This document shows, in pieces, positions 49,772 to 61,661 of a stretch of 64,000 nt of DNA. The translations under genes were made by a program, and so were the position numbers. The stretch's first letter is position 1. The number at the start of each line of letters is the position of its first letter. The notes beneath the pieces were generated by a model. That model searched no databases. It had not been told where the DNA came from and saw only the letters and a list, made by a program, of their open reading frames with translations. This stretch comes from Nitrososphaerota archaeon. Its GTDB lineage: Archaea; Thermoproteota; Nitrososphaeria_A; Caldarchaeales; Caldarchaeaceae. The DNA lies in contig JBEPYN010000002.1 in the NCBI GenBank assembly GCA_041641305.1, positions 32,001-96,000 of the forward strand. Direction: 5' to 3'.

Positions 49772-52700
49772 ATGAGGTTGGATACTGCTTTCTGGGTGTC
49801 TAAGGCTAAGGAGCTTGGCTACCCTGTGCGGCAGGTGGAGCTCAGCATTGATTATCTCAGGGAGAGCGGAGTTTTCCCAAGGTCCCTTAATGTTGTCCAA
49901 TCTCTGCGTCTGTATCTCGATGATTACATAGAGTTTGTCATAATAAGCGTTGGTGATAAACTGTCTAGGGGGTTCTGCACTAGGGTGGCGCGAGGCTGGA
50001 AGGAAAAACGCCTCATCAGACCTCTCCTCATATTTACGGCTGGTGAAGATGAGAGCTTCATTGTTACCGTACCCGGCGCCGGCAGCGGGGGAGAGGCCAG
50101 GGTTCTGCATATTCAGGATGAACTCTACAGGACCGACATAGAGGTGATTGAGAGCCTCAGGTACACAGGTGACCCCGAGAGCCTTAGAAAAGCATATGAC
50201 AGTGAGATGCTGCCGTATGAAAAGGTTAGGAAAGAGTTCTTTGAAGGCTACAGAAACCTGTATGAGAGGATAGTTAATGCTGTGAAGGATGTTCTGCATG
50301 AAAATGCTGCTTCCTATGCTCAGCGTTTTCTCGGACGGCTGATGTTTCTCTATTTTCTGCAGAGGAAAGGCTGGCTTAAGGGGGATAGGAGTTTTATAAA
50401 CAAGATAAGGGATTACCTTGAGTTAAACCGTCTTTTCTACGAGAGCTTAAACAAGGGAGGCGGTGAGGAGGGTATTCCTTTCTTAAATGGGTCTTTGTTT
50501 GAGCGGGAGGAGTATCTTACGGAGAGGGTTGAGAAGAGGATAGCGGTTGAGATGAATTCGATATTCTATGATGCTAGAAATTTCTTCAACGGGTATAATT
50601 TCACAATCGACGAGGCTTCGCCGCTCGAGGTTGAGGTTAGTGTTGACCCGCTTTTGCTTGGAACCGTTTTAGAGAACATGCTGCCGGAGCATGAGCGTGG
50701 TAAGAAGGGCACCTTCTACACACATGTGAACGCGATAGGTTTCATGTGTAGGAGGGCGTTAGCGGCTTGGCTTGGGTTGGAGGAGACTGTGCAGCAGAGA
50801 GATGGTGAGCTGAGGTTTGTCGACGGTTTGGAGCTGTGTGTGGAGGAGTTGAAGAGGCGTAGGGATGAGAGGGAGATAAGAGAGTTTAGGGAGAGGCTGC
50901 TTTCTCTCAAAGTTCTCGACCCGGCGGTCGGCTCGGGCGGCTTCCTTGTTGTGATGATGCAGACGATTCTTCAGCTCATACAGGGGGTGGAGGAGGCGGT
51001 TGGCTGGAAGTCTGACATAGAGCAGTACAAACGCCGAATAATACCCAACCTCTACGGCTTCGACATAGAGCCGGAGGCGGTGGAGATTGCGCGGCTGAGA
51101 ATTTGGTTATCCCTGATCGTGGACCAGAAGAAGCCGGAGCCTCTTCCAAACCTAGACCTTAACATAGTTACTGTGCAGGATTCGTTGGAGCTTCCCAAAG
51201 GTGTTCAACGGGTTCTCGGCGAGTTCGCGGCTGAGATTGGGTATCTAAGCATAGTGGAGGACCTTGAAGCAGTTAAGGCTAGGTATCTTAACGAGCATGA
51301 CCCAGTAAAGAAGAACGCGCTGAGGAAGAGGATTGAGGAGCTTCAGAAAGAGTTTGTTAAACGCACCGGACTGACTGTTCGGGCGGGGCCTCCTGTCGAG
51401 TTCTTCATGCCAAGCCTAGCAGACATCATAGTGATGAACCCTCCATACGTTAGGCAGGAAGATATCTCCAAGCAGAAAAAAGAATATTATGTAAGCAGCT
51501 ACAGGCTGTACAAGACCTCTGACATCTATGCGTACTTCATGGTGAGAGCCCTGAGGCTTCTTAGGACTGGGGGTGCTGCTGCTTTGATTACATCTGATAA
51601 GTGGCTTGAGGTTAATTACGGCAGGGTGCTCCAACAGCTGCTGAAACCCCACATCGTCGCTATCTATGGCCAGAGAAGGAGGAGCTTCAAAGCCGACGTA
51701 AACACGGTGATAACAGTCCTTAAGAAGGATGAGCAACCAGCTGACAAGCCTATCCAGTTCATCTACTTAGAGTCTTACAGTGATGAGAAGGTTAGGAACT
51801 ACAATGCTATAGAGAGGGGAAGCTCCAGCCGGGGAAGTGGTATTATCTAAGAGTGCCTCGGATATTCGAGGACGTGCTGCTCCCAAGGCTGACGCATAAG
51901 CTCAGGGATTTCGCCGAAATAAAATTCGGAATTAAGACCGGTGCTAATGAGTTCTTCTATATGAAAGACATAAGCCACCTATACGAGGCAGACTACCTAG
52001 CTAACCCAAAGAAGTTCGAGGACTGGGGAGTAAAAGCGCGAAACCAAAAAGAGCTCGAAGAACAAGAACTGATATACATAGAAAACGAAGCAGGAGAAAG
52101 ATTCGTAATAGACAGAAAAGATGTGAAACCAGTCATAAGAAGCCCAAGAGAAATAAGGAGCTATATAATCACAGATGTGCAAACCCTATGCCTATACACA
52201 ACTAACCCCGGAAAATACACGAGAAAATACATAAGATGGGGAGAACAACAAGGTTACCATCAAAGACCAACCTGCAGGGCAAGAAATCCATGGTGGAAAC
52301 TACCAGAATTCAAACCAGCACATGTTCTACTACCAATGTCGTGGATGGATACAATCTACATACCTTATAGCGAAAAACCTGTGATATGTGATGCAAGACT
52401 TTATGCTTTGTACAGCAAAGATTCGTTAAACCTTTGGAAGTATCTCAATTCGACGTTGTTTTTATTGACTGTCGAGCTATTTTGTAGGAGACTTGGCGGA
52501 GGAGCAACAGATATAAAGGTGGAGGATTATGATGATATTCCTGTACCTAACCTTAGCAAATTAGAGATTGAGTTTTCAGCCGAAATCTTAGCTTCCAACA
52601 TTCCACTTCGATACACTGATGAAGTTAAACGTAAAGAAAGACGCGAACTCGATAAGGCCGTGCTCAGAGCCTTAGGCTTCCCCGAATCCGAGCTAGATAG

Positions 52701-52821
52701 GCTTGTCGATGAGCTTCACAAGGCTTTTGTATGGGTCGTTGAGGATCGCCTCATAAAGGCCGGCAGGCCTTTAACAAAAGATGAAGAGGAGGAGGTAATA
52801 GAGGTTGGCGAGGATAATTGA
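49772..52821 (+). CDS. N6-adenine DNA methyltransferase (Eco57I/DrmMI-like) with TRD, split by a -1 frameshift at 51816-51819
   Basis: RLMFLYFLQRKGWL, FLNGSLF, K.G.FYT, LDPAVGSG.F, NPPY; C-terminal part (KWYYLR.P, GIKTGANEFFY) in the -1 frame (ORF 51853-52821). Confidence 0.85.
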
Positions 52822-55800
52822 CAACGTTAGGAAGAGGTTGGCAGAAGTCCTCAACGAGGAGCTCAGGACCCTAGATGAGGTGGCCATAGCCTCGGCTTAC
52901 TTCAACGTAATGGGCTATGGCACCATAGCCGATGCGCTTGGCGACAAGCCGCTGAGACTACTCCTAGGCCGCGAGCCAACCGAGACCATCAAGTGGGAGG
53001 ACGAAATACTCAGAGAAATCGAGGAATACGAGGACGACGCCGAATACTTCAGACTCCTCCTCCGGTGCATAGAGTATTTCAGAGACGAGAAGCGCCAAGT
53101 AAGAACCATCGAGGGCAGGTTCTTCCACGGCAAGGCCTTCATAGCCGCCACCCCAAGCCTAAACGAGGTAAAACACGGCATCGGGATAGTCGGGAGCAGC
53201 AACTTCACCTACGGTGGCCTCGTCTCGAACAGGGAACTAAACATGCTCAACACGGACAGAGAAGTAGTCCAAGAGCTAAGCGAGTGGTTCAACGACCAGT
53301 GGCTCGCCTCGACAGACTTCAAGGACAAATTCCTCTCAATGCTGAGCAACTACGTAACCACCTGGAGCCCATACGAAGTAGTAGCCAAAGCCCTCTACGA
53401 GACCTATAAAGGACACATCATCGAGAGGGAAGAAAGACTACTCAAGAACCTATACCCGCACCAGCAGCTAACCTACATAGACGCGAAGGAGAAACTCGAT
53501 AAATATGGCGGCGTAGTGATAGCGGACTCTACGGGCCTAGGTAAATCGAGGGTAGCGTTAGCCCTAGCCCACGAGGCGATAAGAGAGGGAATACGCCCCC
53601 TCCTCATAGCGCCAAAATCGATACTGGAAACAACATGGAAGCGCGAAATGAACGAAACCCTCATAAGAATTGACACACTTTCCACAGAAATGCTTTCACA
53701 AAACCCCGACATAATAGATGACTATGCCGGAGAAAACGGCCCACATCTAATCATAGTCGACGAGGCCCACTACTTCAGAAGAAGCTCAACTAATAGATAC
53801 ATAGCGCTAAGAGAACTGGTGACAAGGAACCAGGCGGATATAGTGCTGATAACCGCGACCCCTGTCAACACGAGCCTCATGGACCTCTACTCCCTCCTAA
53901 GTTTATACCTACCAGACAACTGCCTAGCAGACCTAGGCCATGCATCGCTATATGCATACTTCGTGACCCAGCAGAAAAGCTGGCTAGCTGGAGAGCCAAT
54001 AAACATGGACGACATACTCCGCAGATTCATAGTGAGACACTCTAGAGAGCTAGCAAAAGCCCTGGATAGAGAAGGTAGGATAAAATTCCCCAAAAGAGCC
54101 TTCGACGAAAAGATAGTGAGATACTCCATAACCATAAGCCTTGATGAAATCTACAAAAAACTAGAAAATCTGAGTCTAGCATTCTACGACCTCTCGGTCG
54201 AGAGGCTATCGGCACAATTCAGGCTACCCGACGGGACAAGAATCGAAAAGAAAGAACCAACACAGATAGAGAACCTGAAAACACTAGTGAAAACCATATT
54301 CATAATAAACCTCTTTAAGAGACTCGAGAGCAGCTACGCGGCATTTGGAGAGACGTTGAGAAGGATGTTAAGCTATATAAGAGCAGCGAAGCATTACGCT
54401 AAGCAGCACTCAGTATTCATACCGCCCAAAATGAGAGGAGACATACTTAACCTGTTCCCGGATGTGGAAGAGATTGAGGATGAGATACCGTTGGAGGCGC
54501 TGCCGGCTCCCGAGCAGCTCTTCTCAAAACCAAAATACAAAGACCTATACGATGGATGCAGGTTAAGCAGAAAGGAAGCCGAGGAATTCGTAGCCAGTTG
54601 CTCCAAAGACGAAGAAGCCATAGAATCGCTTCTGCGCATGATACCCGACCACGATGAGAAATACTTCCTACTAGAGGAGAGGCTCCAACAGATTATGAAG
54701 CAAATAAAGGAGCCGAACGGTGTAATAGTCTTCACACAATACGCAGACACAGCGTATTATCTCTACAGGAGGCTTAAAGCCTCCTTCAGCCGGGTGATGC
54801 TAGTGACCGGGGCAGGCGGCTATGATGACAAGGGCGAAAAAGCCTTAGAGGACCAGATTGTAAAACGATTCCAGGACGTGGGCGGGTTACTCATAAGCAC
54901 AGACGTTCTAAGCGCTGGACAGAACCTACAAAACGCCCAATACGTAGCCAACTACGACTTCCCATGGAACCCGGTCGTACTAATCCAGCGGGTAGGCCGG
55001 ATAGATAGAATAGGCTCAAACTACGACACAGTTTATCTAATCAACGTCTTGCCCAAGAACGGAGACCCTGATGACCCAGAAAGCCTAGAACACTTTCTAG
55101 GGCTAATGCAGAGACTATACCAGCGCCTAGAGATGATAAGAGAAACAGTTGGATTGGATGCGTCGACTCTGGGTGAGGAGGCTGCGCCGAGAGACTTCTC
55201 GATACAGGTCATGATAGCGAGAAACGACGCAAGAGTGCTAGAGATACTTGAACAGAAGATAGAACAGTTCACTAAAGACCCAATAGACATTCTAGCAAGA
55301 ATACTCAACGAGAAGGGTTTACAGTGGGTCGAGAGAATCCCCAATGGCATAGGGGCGATAAAGAGGAGCTCCTTCAACGGAATTTTCGCGCTTTTAACCG
55401 ATGGGAGCGATTTTTATTGGCGCCTCCACATCCTAGACAAGGATAAAGAGAGGGTAATCATCTCCCCAACCGAAATAGTAGACCTTCTGCTAGAGGGCGA
55501 GAGCGATAACAGAGGGGAGAAGCTTGAGTATGATAAGCTAATACCTCTCTTGGTCATGGTTAAGGTATCACTCAAGAATGAGCTCGAAGAAATCATGAGG
55601 AGAGAAACCACGGCAATGGGACCCGTAAGAGTAGATAAAAGAATACGCATTATATTCGATGCGCTCAGCCAGTTCGGCGACGAAGGTGAGAGGCTAGCCG
55701 CCATGTTCCGCAGAGTAGCTTCAAGACCGGCGATAGTTAACCATCTCTACAGAGCATATCTGGAGGGGAAGCTTCTAGAAGAGGCGAGAGAAATACTGCC

Positions 55801-55885
55801 CAAAGCGGTGCAGGAGATAGAAACAGCCAACCCTGAGACAAAGGAGCTAAGACGCGTCTGCTGGTGCTACTTCACAAAAATCTGA
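52805..55885 (+). CDS. PLD-nuclease + SNF2-family helicase (DrmD-like)
   Basis: H.K, GSSNFT.GGL..N.ELN; ADSTGLGKS, DEAH.FR, TATP.N, G.NLQ, PWNP....QR.GRIDR.G. Confidence 0.88.
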   Translation: MARIIDNVRKRLAEVLNEELRTLDEVAIASAYFNVMGYGTIADALGDKPLRLLLGREPTETIKWEDEILREIEEYEDDAEYFRLLLRCIEYFRDEKRQVRTIEGRFFHGKAFIAATPSLNEVKHGIGIVGSSNFTYGGLVSNRELNMLNTDREVVQELSEWFNDQWLASTDFKDKFLSMLSNYVTTWSPYEVVAKALYETYKGHIIEREERLLKNLYPHQQLTYIDAKEKLDKYGGVVIADSTGLGKSRVALALAHEAIREGIRPLLIAPKSILETTWKREMNETLIRIDTLSTEMLSQNPDIIDDYAGENGPHLIIVDEAHYFRRSSTNRYIALRELVTRNQADIVLITATPVNTSLMDLYSLLSLYLPDNCLADLGHASLYAYFVTQQKSWLAGEPINMDDILRRFIVRHSRELAKALDREGRIKFPKRAFDEKIVRYSITISLDEIYKKLENLSLAFYDLSVERLSAQFRLPDGTRIEKKEPTQIENLKTLVKTIFIINLFKRLESSYAAFGETLRRMLSYIRAAKHYAKQHSVFIPPKMRGDILNLFPDVEEIEDEIPLEALPAPEQLFSKPKYKDLYDGCRLSRKEAEEFVASCSKDEEAIESLLRMIPDHDEKYFLLEERLQQIMKQIKEPNGVIVFTQYADTAYYLYRRLKASFSRVMLVTGAGGYDDKGEKALEDQIVKRFQDVGGLLISTDVLSAGQNLQNAQYVANYDFPWNPVVLIQRVGRIDRIGSNYDTVYLINVLPKNGDPDDPESLEHFLGLMQRLYQRLEMIRETVGLDASTLGEEAAPRDFSIQVMIARNDARVLEILEQKIEQFTKDPIDILARILNEKGLQWVERIPNGIGAIKRSSFNGIFALLTDGSDFYWRLHILDKDKERVIISPTEIVDLLLEGESDNRGEKLEYDKLIPLLVMVKVSLKNELEEIMRRETTAMGPVRVDKRIRIIFDALSQFGDEGERLAAMFRRVASRPAIVNHLYRAYLEGKLLEEAREILPKAVQEIETANPETKELRRVCWCYFTKI

Positions 55886-56602
55886 ACACACCTCCCAAAA
55901 CCCTCTCCAAATCCTCCTAGGCTTTTCCGAAGACGGCCAATCATTATGAACACCGGCCTTCGACGGCCAGATAGTGCAACACAGACTCCAACAGTTCCAG
56001 GATTCGCCCCAGGAGGAAAGTCCGTAGTCGGGTCATCAGCTAGAGCCAGACACCCTTCGCCGTGACGCATCTAAGAACAACTACGTTTTTCTCATCCACG
56101 GAAATGTTTTGACCAGAGGCAGGAGCCCGCTGAGGGGCCGAAACTACGTAGAACATCTCCTCACCAATTTCAGCCTCGTCTCCAACCCTGAACCTGTGAA
56201 GCCATTTCTTCAGAAGCTTAAGTGTCGGAGCATGCCTGACGTAGACAACAACCTCATCATACTTCCTAGAATCAGCCGAAAGCTCGTCAGGAGAAGAAAA
56301 GCTAACCTGTATACAGAAGCTTGGAAACAGGCTTGAGAACGCGGATGGCGGCAGAGACGGCTACACCTTGAGAACGCGTTTCTTGCCACTCACACCATTC
56401 AGGTCTCATCTGTTGCATAAAAGCGGTGTAGGCCAGAGCAGCTAAATCGCGCATAACCTTAGTGCAGAGGGTTCTTGAGAAAGCCGATGGAGTTGGATAG
56501 GGTGGAACCATCCAAACGTCCTTCGCCACCACTTTTTGCACAGAACTCAGATATGTAGTCGAAAACTAGGGGTCCGAGAACGGGTCGAATAGTTATGGCG
56601 GC

Positions 56603-57332
56603 TTAGATGAAGGCTTTAGTTGAATTATTCCATATCAGGTCAAAGATGGAGTCAAGATTTCCGACTCCATCTTTCCTAAAAAGTAATCCGACCTCGAAGT
56701 TACTCATTAGGGAGTGTCGTCTGAACTCCCACGACCCAATGTAGGCTAGGTCACTGTCCGCTATGACCATCTTTGCGTGGAGGCCTGCAATGAGAAGACC
56801 CCCGACGCTTTGAGCAAAAACCCTGCATTGGAACTCTCTTCCAAACCTGTTCTCTTGTACGCCTCCCATATCTCGCTAAGCACTGGTTTCAGCGAATGAA
56901 ACCTCTCAGACCGCGTCAAGAAGCGCACCTCTACGCTGCTTGCAGCTAGCCCTCTAAAATGCGGGACCAGCATGGATAGGGTCGGCTGGTCATCTAAATG
57001 CGAGCATATGCGCAGTACATGCCTAGCCTGCTTCACTATTGCGAGGAAGGCGCTGAGCATATCGAAGCATCTTTGGCTTGGGACCTGCCCTAGACCTAAT
57101 CCTGGAATGTTTGCCACAATCTCTACCTCTGGCTGCTCAGCAACTCTGCGAAGCTCCTCGGGCGCGTGCTTTGGAGGTTTTAGGATGAGCTTCCCCCGGA
57201 AAGCTCAGCATCAAGGTATCCCATCTTCACTAGCGCAATAGCGCGAAGCTGAGTGATTCCCCTCTCTTCTTCGGACACGCAGCTGAGCAGGTCTTCAAGC
57301 TGTAGAGAACCTCTAGAAACAACTAGGTTCAC
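56603..57332 (-). pseudogene. drmC: DrmC-like phospholipase D nuclease, disrupted
   Basis: GTG overlapping drmB stop; in-frame TAA at 57180-57182; frameshift near 56841; intact HAKMVIAD...GS......N.E.G motif. Confidence 0.7.
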
Positions 57333-58747
57333 TATGTCTTTATCCCCAATTGCCTGAGCACCAACTTCCTGTCAAGCTTATCGTTCGGCACGAAGTACCC
57401 GCTAGTGGGGTGGCATAGTGGGTCTTTCACGTATAAGCAGCCCACGCAAGCGTTTCTACAGTCATATTTGCACGACATGAGCATCCGCTGGGCCTCTACA
57501 AAGACCTCGGTTAGCTTGTGGTCGAACGCATATGATAAACTCCCCTTATCATCTTCGGAGCATTCGTAGATGAGAATAACATTAAGGTCGTCCAAGACCT
57601 TGCCTATGAACGACCCGGACTCCACCCCGGCGAGAAGGTGAAACGATTTGGTTAAAGCGTGCTCAAGTGTATGAAGGAACGTAAACTTATCTTCGTCGTT
57701 GACAAGAAAACCGCGCACCCTAAGCAGCACGGCTTCCCCCTCAGCAATGGCCACGTATGCCTTGTAGTGTTTCCTAAAGTTCACGTCCCGCTCCTCCCAG
57801 GGTTGTATAACAGCGTCTTTCTTGGCGTAGTATCCATAGCAGACTATGGCGGCTTTGACATTCCCGAGCAAGTAAATGTTGTCCGGGTCTATGCCCAATA
57901 CGCGTATAGACTCGGCATCTTGACTCTTGAGGACGTCGGTACCTCGCCGGATAGCCTTCCGCCTCCCGTCCAAAATGTCTCTAGCCACATCTTCAACATT
58001 TAGGCCTTCTATGCTAACAGCGCTTACGATAGCTGGCTTAAGCGGGTTTACGGCGACAGTTTTGATGGACATCTGTTGCATTTTTTGGTTGTCTGCAACA
58101 CCTGTTCGCCCTCCTGTCTGGCACCCGCAACCCATATGAGGCCTCTCTTGCTCCCCGCATTTTTTGCAGAACCACCTTGACTCGGATATCTTCGCCCGCC
58201 TAACCTCAAGCCCTATCCTCCCAACCCCGCACTTTTTACAAGTGAAGGTCCCATCTGGGTTACTCTTGGCAAACTTGAACGGGGGTCTCAAAGCCTGTAT
58301 CTTGCTACACGATAAGCAAACGTGGACGATGCCAAGCTGGTCGAACTTATCTCCACCACATTCCCTGCACTTTGCGAGAGGCAAGGAACGTCTATCCAGC
58401 AAGTGATAGGCCCTGCAATTCTTATTGAGACACACGAGGCTAAGAGGCCAGAGCTCCAGCAGGCCACTTTCAGGCTGGTAAAGGCGGACCCTTTCCGACA
58501 CCACGCGGCTGGCGTAAGGAATACCTAGCTTTTTTGAGATGCTTGCTAGCGCCTCTTCCTCCGCCTCCGATGGTTGGCGATACTTCAATAAGGCTTGGCT
58601 GATGGCCTTTGCTACCACCGCCCTCAAGTTATCATCATCCACTTGGTTGCCGTATAATTCTGAAACCTTCCAGCAGTAGCCCGAGTACTGTAGAGGGGCT
58701 CCGGGGAACCGACTCTGAATGGCTTGGATTGGGGTCACCTGCACCAC
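57332..58747 (-). CDS. drmB: DrmB-like DUF1998 protein
   Basis: Zn ribbons; LHT.EHAL, ILIYE, C...C..AC..CL, LDR C-terminal motif. Confidence 0.85.
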   Translation of the reverse strand: MVQVTPIQAIQSRFPGAPLQYSGYCWKVSELYGNQVDDDNLRAVVAKAISQALLKYRQPSEAEEEALASISKKLGIPYASRVVSERVRLYQPESGLLELWPLSLVCLNKNCRAYHLLDRRSLPLAKCRECGGDKFDQLGIVHVCLSCSKIQALRPPFKFAKSNPDGTFTCKKCGVGRIGLEVRRAKISESRWFCKKCGEQERPHMGCGCQTGGRTGVADNQKMQQMSIKTVAVNPLKPAIVSAVSIEGLNVEDVARDILDGRRKAIRRGTDVLKSQDAESIRVLGIDPDNIYLLGNVKAAIVCYGYYAKKDAVIQPWEERDVNFRKHYKAYVAIAEGEAVLLRVRGFLVNDEDKFTFLHTLEHALTKSFHLLAGVESGSFIGKVLDDLNVILIYECSEDDKGSLSYAFDHKLTEVFVEAQRMLMSCKYDCRNACVGCLYVKDPLCHPTSGYFVPNDKLDRKLVLRQLGIKT

Positions 58748-58761
58748 TATCTGTTTATGAC

Positions 58762-61566
58762 TCAGCCACCATCACCCCCAATATCCTCATCTTCGCCTAA
58801 CTCAGCGCCCAACCTTAGCATGCGCAGCAACTCCAATCCCGATGTTGGTTGGAGTCGCACCAACCTCCCGCCACCGCGTAGAGATGGCCACCCCTCGCTA
58901 AAAAACACGTCGAAGCCGCCGCTTTGAGCTCGCGCAACCCTATCTCCAACGTCATATAAGAAGTCGCTGATTATCACTCTAATCGATTTCTCTAGTCCGG
59001 CATCCATGCGACACTCTTCTGTCAAGTAGATGCCGCGCAATTCGTCGGTTAGCTCTCCGAGCTTTGCCATGAGGGTTTGATGCAAGGCTCGCCTTGCTTG
59101 TCTCCAGCCTCCTGCTTGGTAACCATAAGTGAGGTACCGCGACCTTGCCAACGCGTTGAAAACGAGCGGCAACGTCGCCTCTATTGCTGCAGTATTGCAA
59201 GGTTCGACCACTTCGGGCTCAAAGGCTGGGTCGGTGAACCAAGTCACGAAGTTTTCGTAGATCCAGCTATCCCTGGGCATCTCGGGAACGAGGTGTAGAA
59301 CCACCAGCGCGGGGGCTTCCTGAGCTATGGCTAGGCGCCCTACTCTGCCTATTACTTGGAAGAATTCGTTGCTGCTTGTGGGGGCCCCCCATATATGTGC
59401 TACGTTAAGCCACGGCAGGTGAACCCCCCACCCGAGAGTCTTGGTGGCGATGAGCAGCCCTAACACGATTTGCTGAGCCAGCCTCTTCATCTCAGCTAGT
59501 GCATCTGGACTCAAGTCGCCGTGGAAAAATAGTAATTCATTCTCCGGCAGGTTGATGTCTATGCCCGGCTCCGATGCGAGCTTAGGGACATACTCTAGGA
59601 GGTTATGCCCGTCGGTTTTACGTTGCACGTAGAGCAGTTGCTTACCATACATGGACTTATACTCACCTCCTTGTTTTTTCACATAGCTGTACAGCGCTAA
59701 GGAGCTCCAGCTAACGCTTCCTAGTGTCGAGACATCCCATGGATATATGGCAACCACCCTCTGCCAGAGGTTGGGGGACTGGGAGAAGTAGCGCCTTCCA
59801 TCCAGAACCTCCACTGCTTCCCTACCTGCCCCAATTAGCTTGCATGCGAACTCCTCAGGATTAGCCGCAGTCGCGCAAGCCAGGTAAAACAGCGTCCCGC
59901 CCTCAAGGCCGTAAAAGCTCCTTAAGGACTTCAATAGCCTAATGAAGTGGGATAGCCTGTTAGCCGGCGCGCCAGAAAATAATGTGAACTCATCTATGAA
60001 CACTAGGCGTATGTCTGACTTTAGCTGTGTTGCGTGGGTTATCGGTTGTTTGCAATTTGGGCACGAGACGGCGCCTCCTGAGGCAGGGGATACGCGACCG
60101 CAACTGCTACACCTCAGGAACCTAGCCCCTATTAGGGCATGGGAGTTCTCATTGCGGGGGAGCTCATAAATTAGCTTGTCAGGGGTTGCAACGATTATGT
60201 CAGGGCAGAAATTCTCGGTGTCCCTGCTATCCAAGAACACATAGTCTAGGACAGCGCCACACTTCTTGCACTTGGGTACGCGAACCCCGGATAGCTCGAC
60301 CGCGTCGAAGGATTCGTTCTCGCCGCAATTTGGGCACTCCGTTATGAGTTGTTGGGGATAGTAGTTGGCAACTTGGTCTTCCGATTTTTCAATATATCCC
60401 TTTCCTATGTAAAGGCCCAGCCTAATCTTGCCCCCTTCCCTGAGCTGGTTAAGGTCGAATAGATACTTAGAAATCGCAGTAACTTGCTGAATGGTCAATA
60501 TGCGGGTTGGGAAGAGGAGTAAGACCTTTACCCCATCGCCAGGCGCTAAGGCCGCGGTTGCTACGGCCATAGCGGCGGCCGTTAGCGTCTTGCCTGCTGC
60601 TGTCGGAACAGCGCTGACAAGCACCTTTGTCGCCCGATTGTCTTCAAACAAGAATTGCACCAGCCTGCGCAGGGAGTCCAGCTGGTGCTTATGCAGGGCT
60701 TTGATATTCTCCCTCCTCTTTATAATCTCGGTGACTTTCTTGAGCTCCTCATACCTGCTATACAGCTCCTCCTCCTCGCTTGTGTCTGCAGGGTGGGGGG
60801 AGAAAGAGTATCTATCAAGCACTATGACCGGCGCAGCGAATACTACGTTTTTTTCTCTGCGGCTAACCCGCGTGAAGCAGTTTAGGTTGTAAAGCTTTGA
60901 CCTTGCATGTGGTGGGTTATCTTGCGTGACGACCTCGTCTATCTCGCCATCGATTATAGCTTGTACGAGCGGCGAATAGAGGGCGTGGCAGGACCTGTAT
61001 TCCACCTCCCGTCTTGCTTTATATATGCTGCTCACATCTGTGGTGTTCATGAGTTTAGCGGTGACTATGTAACCATCATCTTCGGCGATTTCAATCCTGA
61101 CGTGAAGGGCCGCTTTAAGTCGCACCTTTTCGTTAGCCGGTAACTCTGCTTGGTATTCTTTGCTGATTGGCAAATCCTTTACGCTCAATGTGGCCTCTAT
61201 GGCCCCCATCCGCAAAGACGATATTGTGGGGGCCTTCAAGTTCTCGAAAGTGGGGTAAAGGAACAAAGCCTTTACAGTCACTGCTCTAAGCCTACCCCTA
61301 ACTTTGAATTGGGATTGAACAAACCACGGCTTTGCGGATGGTCTCAAGGAGTCGTCGGAAATCAGCTGCTGAGAGACTTCCTTGGGGTAAAGCCTGCCTG
61401 TCAGGGCGGCGTCCCTCTGTGGGTTGAGCTGGTTGAATAGGGCGGAGGTAACGGACTCCAATGATAGCTTGCCAATCGGTTTGTCGAACATAGGGTCCTC
61501 CAAAGACATTTCAAGTATTTCCCGAGCCAAATCAGCAACATATTCAGAGCCAGGTATGCGGGACAT
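58762..61566 (-). CDS. drmA: DrmA-like SF2 helicase
   Basis: PTAAGKT, R.LT.QQ, CP.CG Zn ribbons, ATPDK, DEF.L, ATAAN, Q..GRVGR, PRD..YE.F; start set at ATG 61566. Confidence 0.85.
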   Translation of the reverse strand: MSRIPGSEYVADLAREILEMSLEDPMFDKPIGKLSLESVTSALFNQLNPQRDAALTGRLYPKEVSQQLISDDSLRPSAKPWFVQSQFKVRGRLRAVTVKALFLYPTFENLKAPTISSLRMGAIEATLSVKDLPISKEYQAELPANEKVRLKAALHVRIEIAEDDGYIVTAKLMNTTDVSSIYKARREVEYRSCHALYSPLVQAIIDGEIDEVVTQDNPPHARSKLYNLNCFTRVSRREKNVVFAAPVIVLDRYSFSPHPADTSEEEELYSRYEELKKVTEIIKRRENIKALHKHQLDSLRRLVQFLFEDNRATKVLVSAVPTAAGKTLTAAAMAVATAALAPGDGVKVLLLFPTRILTIQQVTAISKYLFDLNQLREGGKIRLGLYIGKGYIEKSEDQVANYYPQQLITECPNCGENESFDAVELSGVRVPKCKKCGAVLDYVFLDSRDTENFCPDIIVATPDKLIYELPRNENSHALIGARFLRCSSCGRVSPASGGAVSCPNCKQPITHATQLKSDIRLVFIDEFTLFSGAPANRLSHFIRLLKSLRSFYGLEGGTLFYLACATAANPEEFACKLIGAGREAVEVLDGRRYFSQSPNLWQRVVAIYPWDVSTLGSVSWSSLALYSYVKKQGGEYKSMYGKQLLYVQRKTDGHNLLEYVPKLASEPGIDINLPENELLFFHGDLSPDALAEMKRLAQQIVLGLLIATKTLGWGVHLPWLNVAHIWGAPTSSNEFFQVIGRVGRLAIAQEAPALVVLHLVPEMPRDSWIYENFVTWFTDPAFEPEVVEPCNTAAIEATLPLVFNALARSRYLTYGYQAGGWRQARRALHQTLMAKLGELTDELRGIYLTEECRMDAGLEKSIRVIISDFLYDVGDRVARAQSGGFDVFFSEGWPSLRGGGRLVRLQPTSGLELLRMLRLGAELGEDEDIGGDGG

Positions 61567-61661
61567 TTCTGAACTGAGGTAGCTCTTCGACGAAGATAAG
61601 CGTTCCGACGAGTCGGAAGGCTGTTTTCCAACGCTCCGAAGCCTTAGCAAAGCGCTTATAT

